NCBI GenBank assembly: GCA_963789955.1
Contig: CAWBMV010000037.1
Location: forward strand, 160,001-224,000
DNA length: 64,000 nt
Origin: an uncultured Candidatus Rokubacteria bacterium
Lineage (GTDB): Bacteria; Methylomirabilota; Methylomirabilia; Rokubacteriales; CSP1-6
Direction of reading: 5' to 3'
Shown: one piece after another, positions 31,130 through 40,031 of the stretch
Layout of the letters: every line of letters begins with the position of its first letter
How positions within the stretch are numbered: the stretch's first letter is position 1
The notes under the pieces: model-generated
What the model was told of the DNA's origin: nothing
The model's input: the letters and a program-made list of their open reading frames with translations, nothing else
Databases searched by the model: none
Position numbers and translations under genes: made by a program

Positions 31130-31687
31130 CTAGGCGCCGGCAAAGCCGAGCCGAAACTCGCCGGCCCGGATCGCGCGGATGATCGCGTCGCGGCTGCGCT
31201 TGGCGTCGACTTCGACCCACGCCTGGCCGAAATGAATCGAGCCGTGCGCGTCGTCGGTCGCGACCTTCACGAGCGGGATCTCGGACGACTCGTAGATCGG
31301 GTGGCGCCGGCCGGTCTCGGTCACTTCGATCGCGTCGAGCTTGAGCCCCCCGGCGCCGATGCGCCGGATGCGCTCGAGCGTCTGGGCCACGCTGAGGTGG
31401 TAGCGCGCCGGATGGTTCAGCACGTGCAGCGTCTCGCGCTCGCCGGACACCTTGCCGATGTGCTGGTCGAAGCGCGACCAGTTCAGCTCGACGCCGTGGA
31501 ATAGCAGGAGCTTCGACGAAACACGGGGAATCGCATCCCAGTAGCGCTCGTCGATCCAGTTCTCGTGATCGGTGATGGCGAGGAAGTCGTAGCCGAGCGC
31601 TTCGTAGGCGGCGACGAGCTGCGCCGGTTCCTTGACGCCGTCCGAGAACGTGGTGTGCGCGTGGAGGTTACCCCGGAGCCAGGGCAT
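31130..31687 (-). CDS. PHP domain protein
   Basis: GNLHAHTTFSDG, AITDHE, NHP, DDAH. Confidence 0.85.
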   Translation of the reverse strand: MPWLRGNLHAHTTFSDGVKEPAQLVAAYEALGYDFLAITDHENWIDERYWDAIPRVSSKLLLFHGVELNWSRFDQHIGKVSGERETLHVLNHPARYHLSVAQTLERIRRIGAGGLKLDAIEVTETGRRHPIYESSEIPLVKVATDDAHGSIHFGQAWVEVDAKRSRDAIIRAIRAGEFRLGFAGA

Positions 31688-31721
31688 CAGCCTCTCGCTT
31701 CCCGGGAAGCGTCCGGTCGCG

Positions 31722-32135
31722 TCACGGATTCAGGGCTTCGGATTGGGGGCGGGGCGGCGGGCGGGCGGTGGGCCATCCCACGTCATCGAGAACCCGAACG
31801 CGAAGACACCGTTGCTCTCGGGCCAGCCAGTGGCCGCCGCCCCGATCGGCGTGGTCGGCGACATCCACCCGGAGATACCGTAACGCCCGGTCGACTTCGG
31901 AGTCTCGTAAGGCTTGGACGACCGGTCCGACGAACGCGGGATCGTACTGGACCTGGCCGCCTCGCGGATACTTGTCCGCATCACCCGGCCGTGTCTCCTC
32001 CTGGAGCCCGGGCGGGATGATGACTTCCCGTTCCTCACGCGGAGTCGCAGGGGTGCCCTTCTTGATCTCGACGTCTTGCGACCAGGCGGGCGTCGCGAAG
32101 AGCGCCAGGAGGCCGATCAGCAGACCGCGCTTCAT
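31722..32135 (-). CDS. Hypothetical secreted protein, probably frameshifted
   Basis: Signal peptide MKRGLLIGLLALFATPAWS; coding sense continues in an alternate frame. Confidence 0.55.
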   Translation of the reverse strand: MKRGLLIGLLALFATPAWSQDVEIKKGTPATPREEREVIIPPGLQEETRPGDADKYPRGGQVQYDPAFVGPVVQALRDSEVDRALRYLRVDVADHADRGGGHWLAREQRCLRVRVLDDVGWPTARPPPRPQSEALNP

Positions 32136-32336
32136 ATATTTGATTGTAACCGTCCCACCGACCGCCGCAACACCTCTCGTAACCTCAGCGATAACGCTCG
32201 TGAGAGCTGCGTCGGATTCCGAAGCTTCCGGTCACACGCGACAGGCGGTCAGCACGTGTGGCGACGCTGTCGAGCGAGTCGAGCGAAAGAGCCGCGCGCT
32301 CGATGCGCCGCGCACGGTCGGCGTCCGGCCAGGACG

Positions 32337-33233
32337 CTATCCGGGTAGCGCGATGTTGCCGTCGGGCTCTCGGACGTTGCCGTCGGGCTCTCGGCTTCGG
32401 ATCGCGGTGACGCTGCGGCCCTCCGTGTCCTTGACGTCGAACTCCTCGGCGAGGCCGGCCGCGATCAGCTGCTGCACGAGCGCTTCGCGGTCGGTGCCGA
32501 CCGGCGGCAGCTGGTGAGACTTCCAGCGCATGACGAAGTAGCCGCGGCTCACGTGCGGCAGGCGCGCCTCGGCGCGCTGCAGCTCCTGAAGCGCGCGCTC
32601 GAGCGCCACGCCGGTCACCGGCTGCGCCGTCGGACGCGCCAGACGCGAGGGCGCCATGCGGGTCGGGGCGCGCTCGAACGGTCGCGGCCGCTCGACCTTG
32701 AACGCCGGGATGCCCTCACTCAGATGGATCTGGCCGAAACAGCGCACGCGCAGATCCTTGGACAGCTCTTCGGCCGACCACGTCGCCACCCAGACCTGCT
32801 TGCCGAGCGCGTTGACCGCCTCGACCGCCGGCACGAAGTCGTCGTCGCCCGAGACGAGCACCGCCGCATCGAACGCGCCGATCGCCGCGTACTGGATGAT
32901 GTCGGCGACGAGCCGCGTGTCCACGCGCTTTTCGGTGGTGTACTCGTAGTCAGCGCTGCACGCCGGACAGCGTCCGGAGCGGCGCACGCGCAGCTCGCGC
33001 TTGACGAAGTAGCCGGGGCGCAGCTCGAGGCCCTTGAGGAAGCCTTCGACCAGCGGCGGCGCATCGGACGACACGCCGACGTAGTAGTGCGCGCCGGCGA
33101 AGATCGCGCCGGGTCCGCCGGCGGCCTGGGTGATCCAGGCGGCGAGTCGATCGTAGTCGACACGCAGCGATTCGTCGTAGCGTTGAAGAGACCGGTAGAA
33201 GTTCTGACCGTCAAAGAAAACGCTGACCTTCAT
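32337..33233 (-). CDS. NYN (PIN-like) domain protein
   Basis: VFFDGQNF, EKRVDTRL, LVSGDDDFVPAV. Confidence 0.9.
   Translation of the reverse strand: MKVSVFFDGQNFYRSLQRYDESLRVDYDRLAAWITQAAGGPGAIFAGAHYYVGVSSDAPPLVEGFLKGLELRPGYFVKRELRVRRSGRCPACSADYEYTTEKRVDTRLVADIIQYAAIGAFDAAVLVSGDDDFVPAVEAVNALGKQVWVATWSAEELSKDLRVRCFGQIHLSEGIPAFKVERPRPFERAPTRMAPSRLARPTAQPVTGVALERALQELQRAEARLPHVSRGYFVMRWKSHQLPPVGTDREALVQQLIAAGLAEEFDVKDTEGRSVTAIRSREPDGNVREPDGNIALPG
32355..32394. repeat. 21-bp tandem duplication inside the NYN C-terminus (REPDGN x2)
   Basis: gttgccgtcgggctctcgg at 32355 and 32376. Confidence 0.75.
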
Positions 33234-33283
33234 GGGCGGCCCCCGCGGGCGAAACACAAACCGTTAATTCTCTACCGCGTTAA

Positions 33284-33360
33284 TGGTGGACGATACTGGA
33301 TTTGAACCAGTGACCTCTGGCATGTGAGGCCAGCGCTCTAACCAACTGAGCTAATCGTCC
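33284..33360 (-). tRNA. tRNA-Val (anticodon CAC)
   Basis: GGACGATTAGCTCAGTTGGTTAGAGCGCTGGCCTCACATGCCAGAGGTCACTGGTTCAAATCCAGTATCGTCCACCA folds as a cloverleaf, with encoded CCA. Confidence 0.97.
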
Positions 33361-33369
33361 GTGGCGGGG

Positions 33370-33398
33370 ACGTTAACCACTTACAGACACGGTTGCAA
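33370..33398 (-). promoter_or_regulatory. Sigma70-type promoter for tRNA-Val
   Basis: Minus strand TTGCAA-N17-TAACGT, about 9 nt upstream of the tRNA 5' end. Confidence 0.7.
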
Positions 33399-33412
33399 GA
33401 GCTTCCTGCTCG

Positions 33413-33432
33413 TGTCACCAAGTTTGTAACTA
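33413..33432. other. Putative integrase arm-type binding sites (left)
   Basis: TGTCACCA-N4-TGTAACTA, mirrored by TGTCACCA-N4-TGTAACCA at 40096-40115. Confidence 0.65.
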
Positions 33433-34575
33433 GCGGGCCGCCGGTCCTAGCCCATGATGGGCCACCCCTTGCGGCGTCGCGTCACCAGCCAGCTTGAGCG
33501 CGGCCGCGCGAAGGTCCGCGGGCGACACGATCGCGTAGCGCCGGTAGACGTTCTCCGTCTTATGGCCGGTCAGTTTCATCGCGACGGAGCGCGGCACTGC
33601 GGCCTGCTCCATGTTCCGCACCGCAGTACGCCGCAGATCGTGGCGCAGCATCCCGGGATTCCCTGATTTCCGGCACGCCGTCGCCCATGTTCTCCGGAAA
33701 TCACGCCGTGGCTGGCCTGTAAAGCGCCCTGACGGGTGCGGGAACAGCGCGGGAATGATCCGCTCGAGTTGGCGCTCTAAGGTTTTTACGCGGGCCACCT
33801 GTTCCGTCAGCAGCAGTTTCAGGTCCGGGGTGAGCACCACCACGCGGCCCTCGCCGTTCTTCGTCTGGCCCGGGTCCAGCGCCAGCGTGCCGGCGTCGAG
33901 GTTCAGCTGGCGCTGCTCGAGGGCGAGCACTTCGGACTGCATCCGCCAGCCGTAGACGTAGGAAATCGTGACGGCCACTTGCAGATCCGGCGAGAGCCGG
34001 CGCCGCACGGCCGCAAACGCCTCGGGCTCGAAGAATCCCTGACGCGGCGCCGACTCCTCGAGCTTGCGGAGCATGGGCAGTCGCGCGAGCCGGTTGTGCT
34101 CATACGCCAGCTTCAGCATCCGACCGAGCACCGCGAGCTCGCGGTTGATGCTCCCGTTGCTGGCCCCCTGCCCTTGCCGTTTCAGCGCGTAGGCTTCGCT
34201 GTCGCGCGTGCCAATCGACGCCAGGCGCCGACTCTTGAAGTAGTGGTCGAGGTGCGCGAGCCGATAGCCCGCTTCGGTCAGGTCGCGGGCGCCGGTCACG
34301 GTGTAGTGGTCGCGCAGCGCCTTCGCCGCGTCGTCGTAGGTCACACGATCCAGGCGCGGCATCACCGGCTCGCCCTTGTCGATCTTCACGAGCCGCTCGC
34401 GGAGAATCTTCCGCGCGGCGGGCTCGTGCGTCGTGCCGGTGCTTTCATAGAACGCGCGGCCGTTCTGGTGGTACTTGATCCACCACGTTTCGCCGCGCTG
34501 GTAGAGCATGCCGCTCCCCGGCTTCGCACGGGGTTTCTTCGTCTCGGTCGTCGTCGGGGTCGCCGTCTCGCTCAT
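33430..34575 (-). CDS. int: Tyrosine recombinase / phage-type integrase
   Basis: YGWR (catalytic R), TKNG (K), HDLRR (HxxR), GHKT (H), YRRY (Y); N-terminal LYQRGETWWIKY arm-binding domain. Confidence 0.95.
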   Translation of the reverse strand: MSETATPTTTETKKPRAKPGSGMLYQRGETWWIKYHQNGRAFYESTGTTHEPAARKILRERLVKIDKGEPVMPRLDRVTYDDAAKALRDHYTVTGARDLTEAGYRLAHLDHYFKSRRLASIGTRDSEAYALKRQGQGASNGSINRELAVLGRMLKLAYEHNRLARLPMLRKLEESAPRQGFFEPEAFAAVRRRLSPDLQVAVTISYVYGWRMQSEVLALEQRQLNLDAGTLALDPGQTKNGEGRVVVLTPDLKLLLTEQVARVKTLERQLERIIPALFPHPSGRFTGQPRRDFRRTWATACRKSGNPGMLRHDLRRTAVRNMEQAAVPRSVAMKLTGHKTENVYRRYAIVSPADLRAAALKLAGDATPQGVAHHGLGPAAR

Positions 34576-34602
34576 GTGTCGCCCCCTCCTCGTGAGGCAA
34601 GG

Positions 34603-34634
34603 GCATTGTATACCGATCGGTATACAATGGTCAA
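34603..34634 (-). promoter_or_regulatory. Integrase promoter overlapped by a perfect 26-bp palindrome (putative operator)
   Basis: TTGACC-N18-TACAAT on the minus strand; CATTGTATACCGATCGGTATACAATG at 34604-34629. Confidence 0.75.
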
Positions 34635-34650
34635 AGGGCGCGCGCGTGGG

Positions 34651-34992
34651 TCACGGCGTCACGTCCTCGAGCTTGGTCCAGCCGGCCACGAGGGCACCCT
34701 CGAGCCGTTCGGCGGGCTCGGCGCCCGTGCGGATCTCAACGGCCACCGGATAGACACCAGGCGGTCTGGGCGACGGCCACGCCCGTAGCCGCATCCCGGC
34801 CACGCCCGCCTCGCCGGAGCCGTCCTCGAACTCCAGCACGTAGCCGTGGGGCGGCAGCATCGGCAAGTCGAGCAGGCGCGCGGCCTCCACGACGTGCGCG
34901 GCGCCGTTCGTCTTGACGGTGAAGCGCCGGATGACGAGCGCGCTAATCAAGTGCGCTCGGCACTCCTCGAGCGTCTCCGACGTGTCGATCAT
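34651..34992 (-). CDS. Hypothetical protein
   Basis: 113-aa ORF co-oriented within the element. Confidence 0.6.
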   Translation of the reverse strand: MIDTSETLEECRAHLISALVIRRFTVKTNGAAHVVEAARLLDLPMLPPHGYVLEFEDGSGEAGVAGMRLRAWPSPRPPGVYPVAVEIRTGAEPAERLEGALVAGWTKLEDVTP

Positions 34993-35016
34993 GCGACTCT
35001 GACTCGAGTTTCAATC

Positions 35017-35403
35017 TCACGGAAACTCTGGTCCCCAGGAATTCCGGCCCCACACGTCTTCGGCGGCCCGCCGCCGCTCGTCGTCCAGTCGGCGTTCCGT
35101 CGCGAGACGCTGATACTCGGCGTATTCTTTGGAGCCGCCGAGGTACACGCACCGGCAGTTATCGGGATCGGCGTAGGTGTACTGCACCGTCCCGTCCTTG
35201 GTGCGGCTCACCAGCCGGTAGGGCGGCCCCGCGTCCAGAGGCTTCGTGTCGGCGGCGTCGACAAGTTGTTTCTTGAACCCGGCCGCCGTCAACAATTCCT
35301 CGGTGTCGCGCGCCTGCAACCCGCGGATCGTCGCGCAGCCTGTGAGAAGCACCATTGCCGCGATAGTCAATCGCGCGATGTTCGTAACCGAGCGTCTCTC
35401 CAA
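35017..35403 (-). CDS. Putative lipoprotein
   Basis: GGAGG RBS + TTG; lipobox LLTGC; LTAAGF, YADPDNCRCVYLG motif. Confidence 0.7.
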   Translation of the reverse strand: MERRSVTNIARLTIAAMVLLTGCATIRGLQARDTEELLTAAGFKKQLVDAADTKPLDAGPPYRLVSRTKDGTVQYTYADPDNCRCVYLGGSKEYAEYQRLATERRLDDERRRAAEDVWGRNSWGPEFP

Positions 35404-35550
35404 TATCCTCGTCCTCCGTTGCGCAGTGTGCTGCGCCGACAAGACGAGCAGGCTGTCAATCGACCTAACGCCTACTGTTTGGCGACCCGACTGTCAATCT
35501 TCAACTTTTCATCACTCAGGGGGCGCGCCGCGAGCCGTTCGCCGGGGCGT

Positions 35551-35676
35551 TCACATGCCGTCCGTCGCGCCGCAGCGGGGGCACCTTTCCTCATGCACGA
35601 GAAAGACTCCGGCGCAGCGCGGACAGGTCCAAAGCCGCGGCGGCACCCAGTTCCACGGCGACGGCGCGGCGTTCAT
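35551..35676 (-). CDS. Small zinc-ribbon protein (41 aa)
   Basis: MNAAPSPWNWVPPRLWTCPRC...CPRCG; ATG overlaps the upstream stop. Confidence 0.55.
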   Translation of the reverse strand: MNAAPSPWNWVPPRLWTCPRCAGVFLVHEERCPRCGATDGM

Positions 35677-36708
35677 TGCAACGGTCTCGTCGCGGCCTGG
35701 AGATAGCCCTCGACCTGCGCGCGCCGCTGATCGATCCGGTCGAGCTCCGCGGCGAGGGTCGCCGTCGCGTCGCCCGCGCGCTCGGCGGCCTCGAATTCGT
35801 CCGCCACGCGGGCGCGGCGTTCGGCAAGACGAGCGAGCTGACGCTGGGCCTCGGTAATGCGCCCCTCGCGACTCTGGCGCTCGCGGCGCTGCGCTTGCTC
35901 GGCCCGGGCCTCCCGCATCGGCTGCTGACCGGCCACGTGCGCGAAATCGAGGCCGCATGGCGACGTCGGCGCTCTGGTTCACGAACGGCAGGATGGCGTC
36001 GTGATCTTCGGGCGAGTGGCGCTTGAGCCGCGAGAGGTAGGTGTTGATCGTCTTGATGTTGCTCGCGGCCTGCGCGCCCCACAGGGTGTCGAAGTCGAGC
36101 GTGGTTTCTCCGCCGAGCGTCAGATCCACGGCGCCGGTCATCTGCGCCGTCTGGAGCACGGCGTTGAACTCGGCGCCCTGCCACGGGGTCAGCCCCATCG
36201 CCTGCACCGCGGATTTATAGCGGTCGCGCTCCGGCTGCATCCAGTGTTTCGGCAGCACACCATCGAGGTCTTTCTCACTGAAGGTTTCCGTGATCGACGG
36301 CGGGCGCGGGAGTGGCCCCGGCCGCGCGGCGGCTTCCTGGGCTTCGCGGAGTCGGATCGCTTGATCGAGGTTCTGTGCGTCGTCCGGTGTGATCGTGCCG
36401 TCGCGCCAGCCCTCGGCGTCGGCCATCATCGCCTTGTATTGCTCCTTGAGGTCTTTCACGCTCGGCCCCTCGGGCAGTGACACCGGCACGCGGGCAGGCT
36501 GGGCGTGGGCCCGCATCTCGAGCGCCCACACCTGCTCGCACGCCGGCACATGGTTCGGTCGCCACGAGTGGTGAAAGTCGTGGTCGGGGTTGCTCCTGAT
36601 GGCCTGGAGCTGGGCGCGCGCCGCTTCGGGCGTGAGGCGCTCCGCGGCGTGCACCACGTCAGGGCTCAAGTTCAGGGCGGCGGTGGTGGAGATCGGCGTC
36701 TCGTCCAT
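35673..36708 (-). CDS. Hypothetical protein, phage scaffolding-like with coiled-coil C-terminus (frameshift near 35950)
   Basis: GGAGG RBS; LTPEAARAQLQAIRSNPDHDF, MGLTPWQG, LWGAQAASNI motifs; heptad C-terminus. Confidence 0.55.
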
Positions 36709-36719
36709 GGGGTCCTCCG

Positions 36720-36998
36720 TTAGTCGAAGCACGTGGCCAGTCTGCTTCCATGGCCCGACGTGGGCACGGTGGCGCTGCTGCCGAAGACGGTCGGCAAGAT
36801 GCCTTGCGCCCTCGGCGCCGCGCGTCGCGAGCCGGCCCACCAGGCGAAATGGTCGGGCGTGAGCACGTCGGGGAGTTCGACGAACTCGACGCGGGATTCG
36901 CGCTCGGCTTGCTTGATCGCGCGGATTTGCGCGGCCTTCGCCTCGGCGTCGGCGGTCGGCCTGGTCGACGTCGCGACGCGCGCGCGTTTCTTGTTCAT
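36720..36998 (-). CDS. Hypothetical protein
   Basis: 92-aa ORF translationally coupled to the upstream gene. Confidence 0.55.
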   Translation of the reverse strand: MNKKRARVATSTRPTADAEAKAAQIRAIKQAERESRVEFVELPDVLTPDHFAWWAGSRRAAPRAQGILPTVFGSSATVPTSGHGSRLATCFD

Positions 36999-37444
36999 GC
37001 CAACGCCTTCTCAGCCGCATACCGCTGCGCGAGTCGCGCGCGCACCTCAGAATCCTCGCGCTTGGCGTCCGCGATCTTCGCCTGGATCTCGCTCAGCGCC
37101 TGCTCCAGCTCGGCGAGTTGACGCGCCAGACGCGCTTTCTGCTCGTCGTGCGCGCGCTGAGCGTCGGCGAGCGCCTGCTCGAGCCGCTGCGTCTGGCCGG
37201 CGATGTTCGCTTCGAACGAGGCCCAGTCGGACCGCGCGCGATTGATCTTCTCCTCGGACTGCTTGGCGCTGTGCTCGAGGTCATACGTCCAGTCAACCAG
37301 GTCGACCTCGAGCTCCCAACCGGCAAGCTTCCGCTTCGCTGGGCCGCTCTGCATGTGATCGCGGACCTCGGCCGCCGTCGCGGCGATCCGGGTGCGCGCT
37401 GCGGTGACCTCGGTGGTGGATGGAATTTTAAAGGGCTCGGTCAT
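36995..37444 (-). CDS. Coiled-coil hypothetical protein
   Basis: AAGGAGGT RBS; long A/E/Q/L/R heptad C-terminus. Confidence 0.7.
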   Translation of the reverse strand: MTEPFKIPSTTEVTAARTRIAATAAEVRDHMQSGPAKRKLAGWELEVDLVDWTYDLEHSAKQSEEKINRARSDWASFEANIAGQTQRLEQALADAQRAHDEQKARLARQLAELEQALSEIQAKIADAKREDSEVRARLAQRYAAEKALA

Positions 37445-37509
37445 GACATTACCTCCTTGGGTCTTGGGATCACGCGCGTCGCGTCGATTCGGTTCGTGGT
37501 CGCCGACGC

Positions 37510-37698
37510 TCATACGCGCTCCCGCACGGTGTGGTCGTCGTGGCGGCGGCCTTCGACGTGGACGCGAGACTCGTCGCGCGGATCGTCCGCCACGATCCGA
37601 AACTGATCGTACGTGTTGTCACCGGCCGTGCGACGGGCCATCAGCTCGTCGACGTGTTGTTGGGCTTCTGGGAATGATCGAAAGGACTGCTTGCTCAT
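37510..37698 (-). CDS. Hypothetical protein (62 aa)
   Basis: AAGGAGG RBS before MSKQSFRSF. Confidence 0.6.
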   Translation of the reverse strand: MSKQSFRSFPEAQQHVDELMARRTAGDNTYDQFRIVADDPRDESRVHVEGRRHDDHTVRERV

Positions 37699-37700
37699 GG

Positions 37701-38062
37701 TCAATCCTCCTTCAAGGCTTCGTTCGCGTACATGAGATGCGAGAGCGGACACCACGCGAACCGCTGATGCGGGAACTGCCGACACGCGGCGGGCCGGTCC
37801 GGGTGGATGCCGCAGCGCTGGTCCGCGGTCAAAAAATCGCAGCCGGTCGGCGGGCGGACCCATCGCCACTCCACGCGCGAGCCGGGCAGACGATCCGCCG
37901 GCGGTCGATTCAGAAACTTCAGGCGTGCGCCGCGCTCGCGGCGCGCTGCTGCAGGCGTCGCAGCTCGGCGGTATCGACGGTGAGCATCACGTTGGCGTCG
38001 TGGCAGCACCGGCCCCGACACTCGCGGGAGCAGATCCGCAGCACCTCGGCGTCGGGAATCAT
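37701..38062 (-). CDS. YkgJ-family (CxxCxxCC) cysteine-cluster protein, frameshifted
   Basis: CSRECRGRCC ... CDFL...RCGIHPDRPAACRQFP. Confidence 0.75.
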
Positions 38063-38277
38063 GGTTCGAGGCTCGCGCCGACGATCTGCACGACCGCGAC
38101 CGAGCTGCTGCCGTCGCCTGTGTCGAACTCGACGATCTCGCCCACACGCGCATCGTGGCGGCGGACCAAGGTCCCCGGCTTCACCGCGTACTTCCCACCG
38201 CCGGCGAGGAATAATGCACGGACGCGGGCGTAGCACCCCGCGGGCACCAGCAGGTCGAAGACAGAGGTCGTTGTCAT
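38059..38277 (-). CDS. Hypothetical protein
   Basis: RBS and ATGA coupling on both sides. Confidence 0.55.
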   Translation of the reverse strand: MTTTSVFDLLVPAGCYARVRALFLAGGGKYAVKPGTLVRRHDARVGEIVEFDTGDGSSSVAVVQIVGASLEP

Positions 38278-38498
38278 GCGCGGCAATCTCCTTGCTCGGC
38301 GAAACAGTCCGCGAACGTTGACGCCGACCTCATTGAATCGGCCTCAGCACGGAAGCCGGCGCGCCTTTCCTCGTCGGCGGCCGCTCTCGCCTTCAGGAAA
38401 TCGCGATCGGCCGCGCTGAGTCCTCGTCGCCGGCGGCTCCCTGGCAGCACCCAGTTCCGCGCCGCGGTCCATCGAAACTCGGGACGTCGGCGCGCCAT
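38274..38498 (-). CDS. Hypothetical basic protein
   Basis: 74-aa Arg-rich ORF at the head of the coupled cluster. Confidence 0.45.
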   Translation of the reverse strand: MARRRPEFRWTAARNWVLPGSRRRRGLSAADRDFLKARAAADEERRAGFRAEADSMRSASTFADCFAEQGDCRA

Positions 38499-38599
38499 TA
38501 TGTGTGTGTTGATTTAATGCGCAGTACTTATCCGCGGCGCGGTTAGCCACTCAATCACGCAAACCCCAGCCATAAATCTACTGCGGCTAAAAGAGTTCA

Positions 38600-39615
38600 T
38601 CTCATCCAGCACGTTCACCGACTGGAGACGACGCCAATTCGGCCCGGCTTCTTGGAAATCGATCTGGTCGCCTGTGGCACGAGCACGCAGGGTTGTATGA
38701 TGTTTTATGTTGTTGAGAGAATAATAATGATGATGTAGGTTAAGTATGGTTATAATTAGAATGAGTTTAGTGGAGTATTTATTATGGAGATTGTAGTGAG
38801 ATAAGTGAAATTAGAGATGTTGTGATGGTATTAGAATTATTGAGATAGAAGTATTAGTTAGGATGATTGAGAATTGTGAGTTTAGATTAGGATATTGAGC
38901 AGTGTAGATAGAGGAGAGTTTAGAGTTAGATATTATAATTGAAACTTCAGTACGGCTCTGTACGCTCTGCGCAGATAGTGGACATGAAGGTCACATAGTG
39001 AGATAGACGGCGTGATCGATCGATTGCTGGATTGACGTCGGTCAAAGTGGGGTCAAGACGATCAAGAGCGGGTCTGGGTTTGAGCTGAGCGTACGTGCAT
39101 CGACTCGTGCGAGAGCGCTTGCCAGTAGGAGAGATGAATAGATGTAATTTGAGATGAGTTGTATGTATATAGGAAGAAGGAAGAAAAGGGTATGATGTAG
39201 GAGGAATTCGTGCTCGATGCGCGCGGCTGCCCGCTCGGATGCGGCTCGACCAAGTCGACAACGTTTTGCGGAGCAGTTCATCAAGCGCGCCACCTCTTGG
39301 CGAATAGTATGAGATAGAATGTGAATGTGGTTATGAATTAAGATGTGTAGAAGTATAATTAGGCAGAGTTAGGAGTTATGAGAGTAAGATGATATGATGG
39401 TGAGGGAGTATGTTGAAGGATGAGTATGATGAGTATTTAATGGAGTGATTTAAAGTGATTGATGTTTAAAGTGAATGAGTAAGAATGTTGAGTTGTTGTG
39501 TAATGGGGTTAGTGTGAATGTGATATGGTTAGGGAAGGTTGTTATGTGTAGATAGTTGTGAAAATAATCGGCACCGAGTGGATTGAACGTAGAATCCTCT
39601 TCTGACTCGACGCAT
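38600..39615 (+). pseudogene. Degenerate rve/DDE (ISNCY-like) transposase fragment interrupted by C-free tracts
   Basis: Ordered remnants TFTDW, PGFLEIDLVA-CGTSTQG, LCTLCA.VD, WG..QERV, VRERLP, LD.DN..EFI..HL. Confidence 0.65.
38689..39568 (+). other. Three cytosine-depleted A/G/T tracts (38689-38944, 39124-39208, 39302-39568)
   Basis: Direct count: 1, 0 and 1 C in 256, 85 and 267 nt. Confidence 0.95.
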
Positions 39616-39639
39616 CAAGTCGTTACTGTCGCGGCGACG

Positions 39640-40031
39640 TAGTTAACCCGAAGCGGAATTCTCGTCAGTAAGTGGCCGTCGACCTCTAAGTCGAGCCAAT
39701 AGAGGCCTTCTTCCTGCAGGATCGTTCGCACCTGTAAAGCGAGCGTGACCCATGCTCGTCCCCGTTAAGCTGGACTTCCCAGGAGTGGCAAGGCGAACCC
39801 TTGCTGCCCTGGGCGGATGAAGAAGAAATTCGAGGTGGTACGTTCCCTTAGCCGGTCCGGATTTCAGGCCTATCAGGGCCGTGAGTTCTACGGTTTGACC
39901 TTGCGCTTGCGGCGGTATTTTGACGGTGTCAATCACTCTGATCACGTTCAGAACGCCGTCCACCTCGTTCAAGACTTTCTCGCAAAACGTCGCAAGGGCG
40001 ACAAACGGGAGCGGACGCTAGGGTCTGGCAT
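39640..40031 (-). CDS. DUF6941-like hypothetical protein, frameshifted
   Basis: PFVALATFCEKVLNEVDGVLNVIRVID ... LKSG pattern. Confidence 0.55.

Noticed and set aside
39042..39293. Small minus-strand ORFs over the AT-rich tracts
   Set aside because: They arise from the G-free strand, where TAG and TGA cannot form, and have no RBS or homology signal.
38689..39568. C-free tracts as C-to-T hypermutated (deaminated or bisulfite-like) genes, telomere-like repeats, or a CRISPR/DGR array
   Set aside because: Flanking transposase motifs rejoin when the tracts are removed, so they are insertions. There is no repeat unit, no reverse transcriptase and no TR/VR pair in the window.
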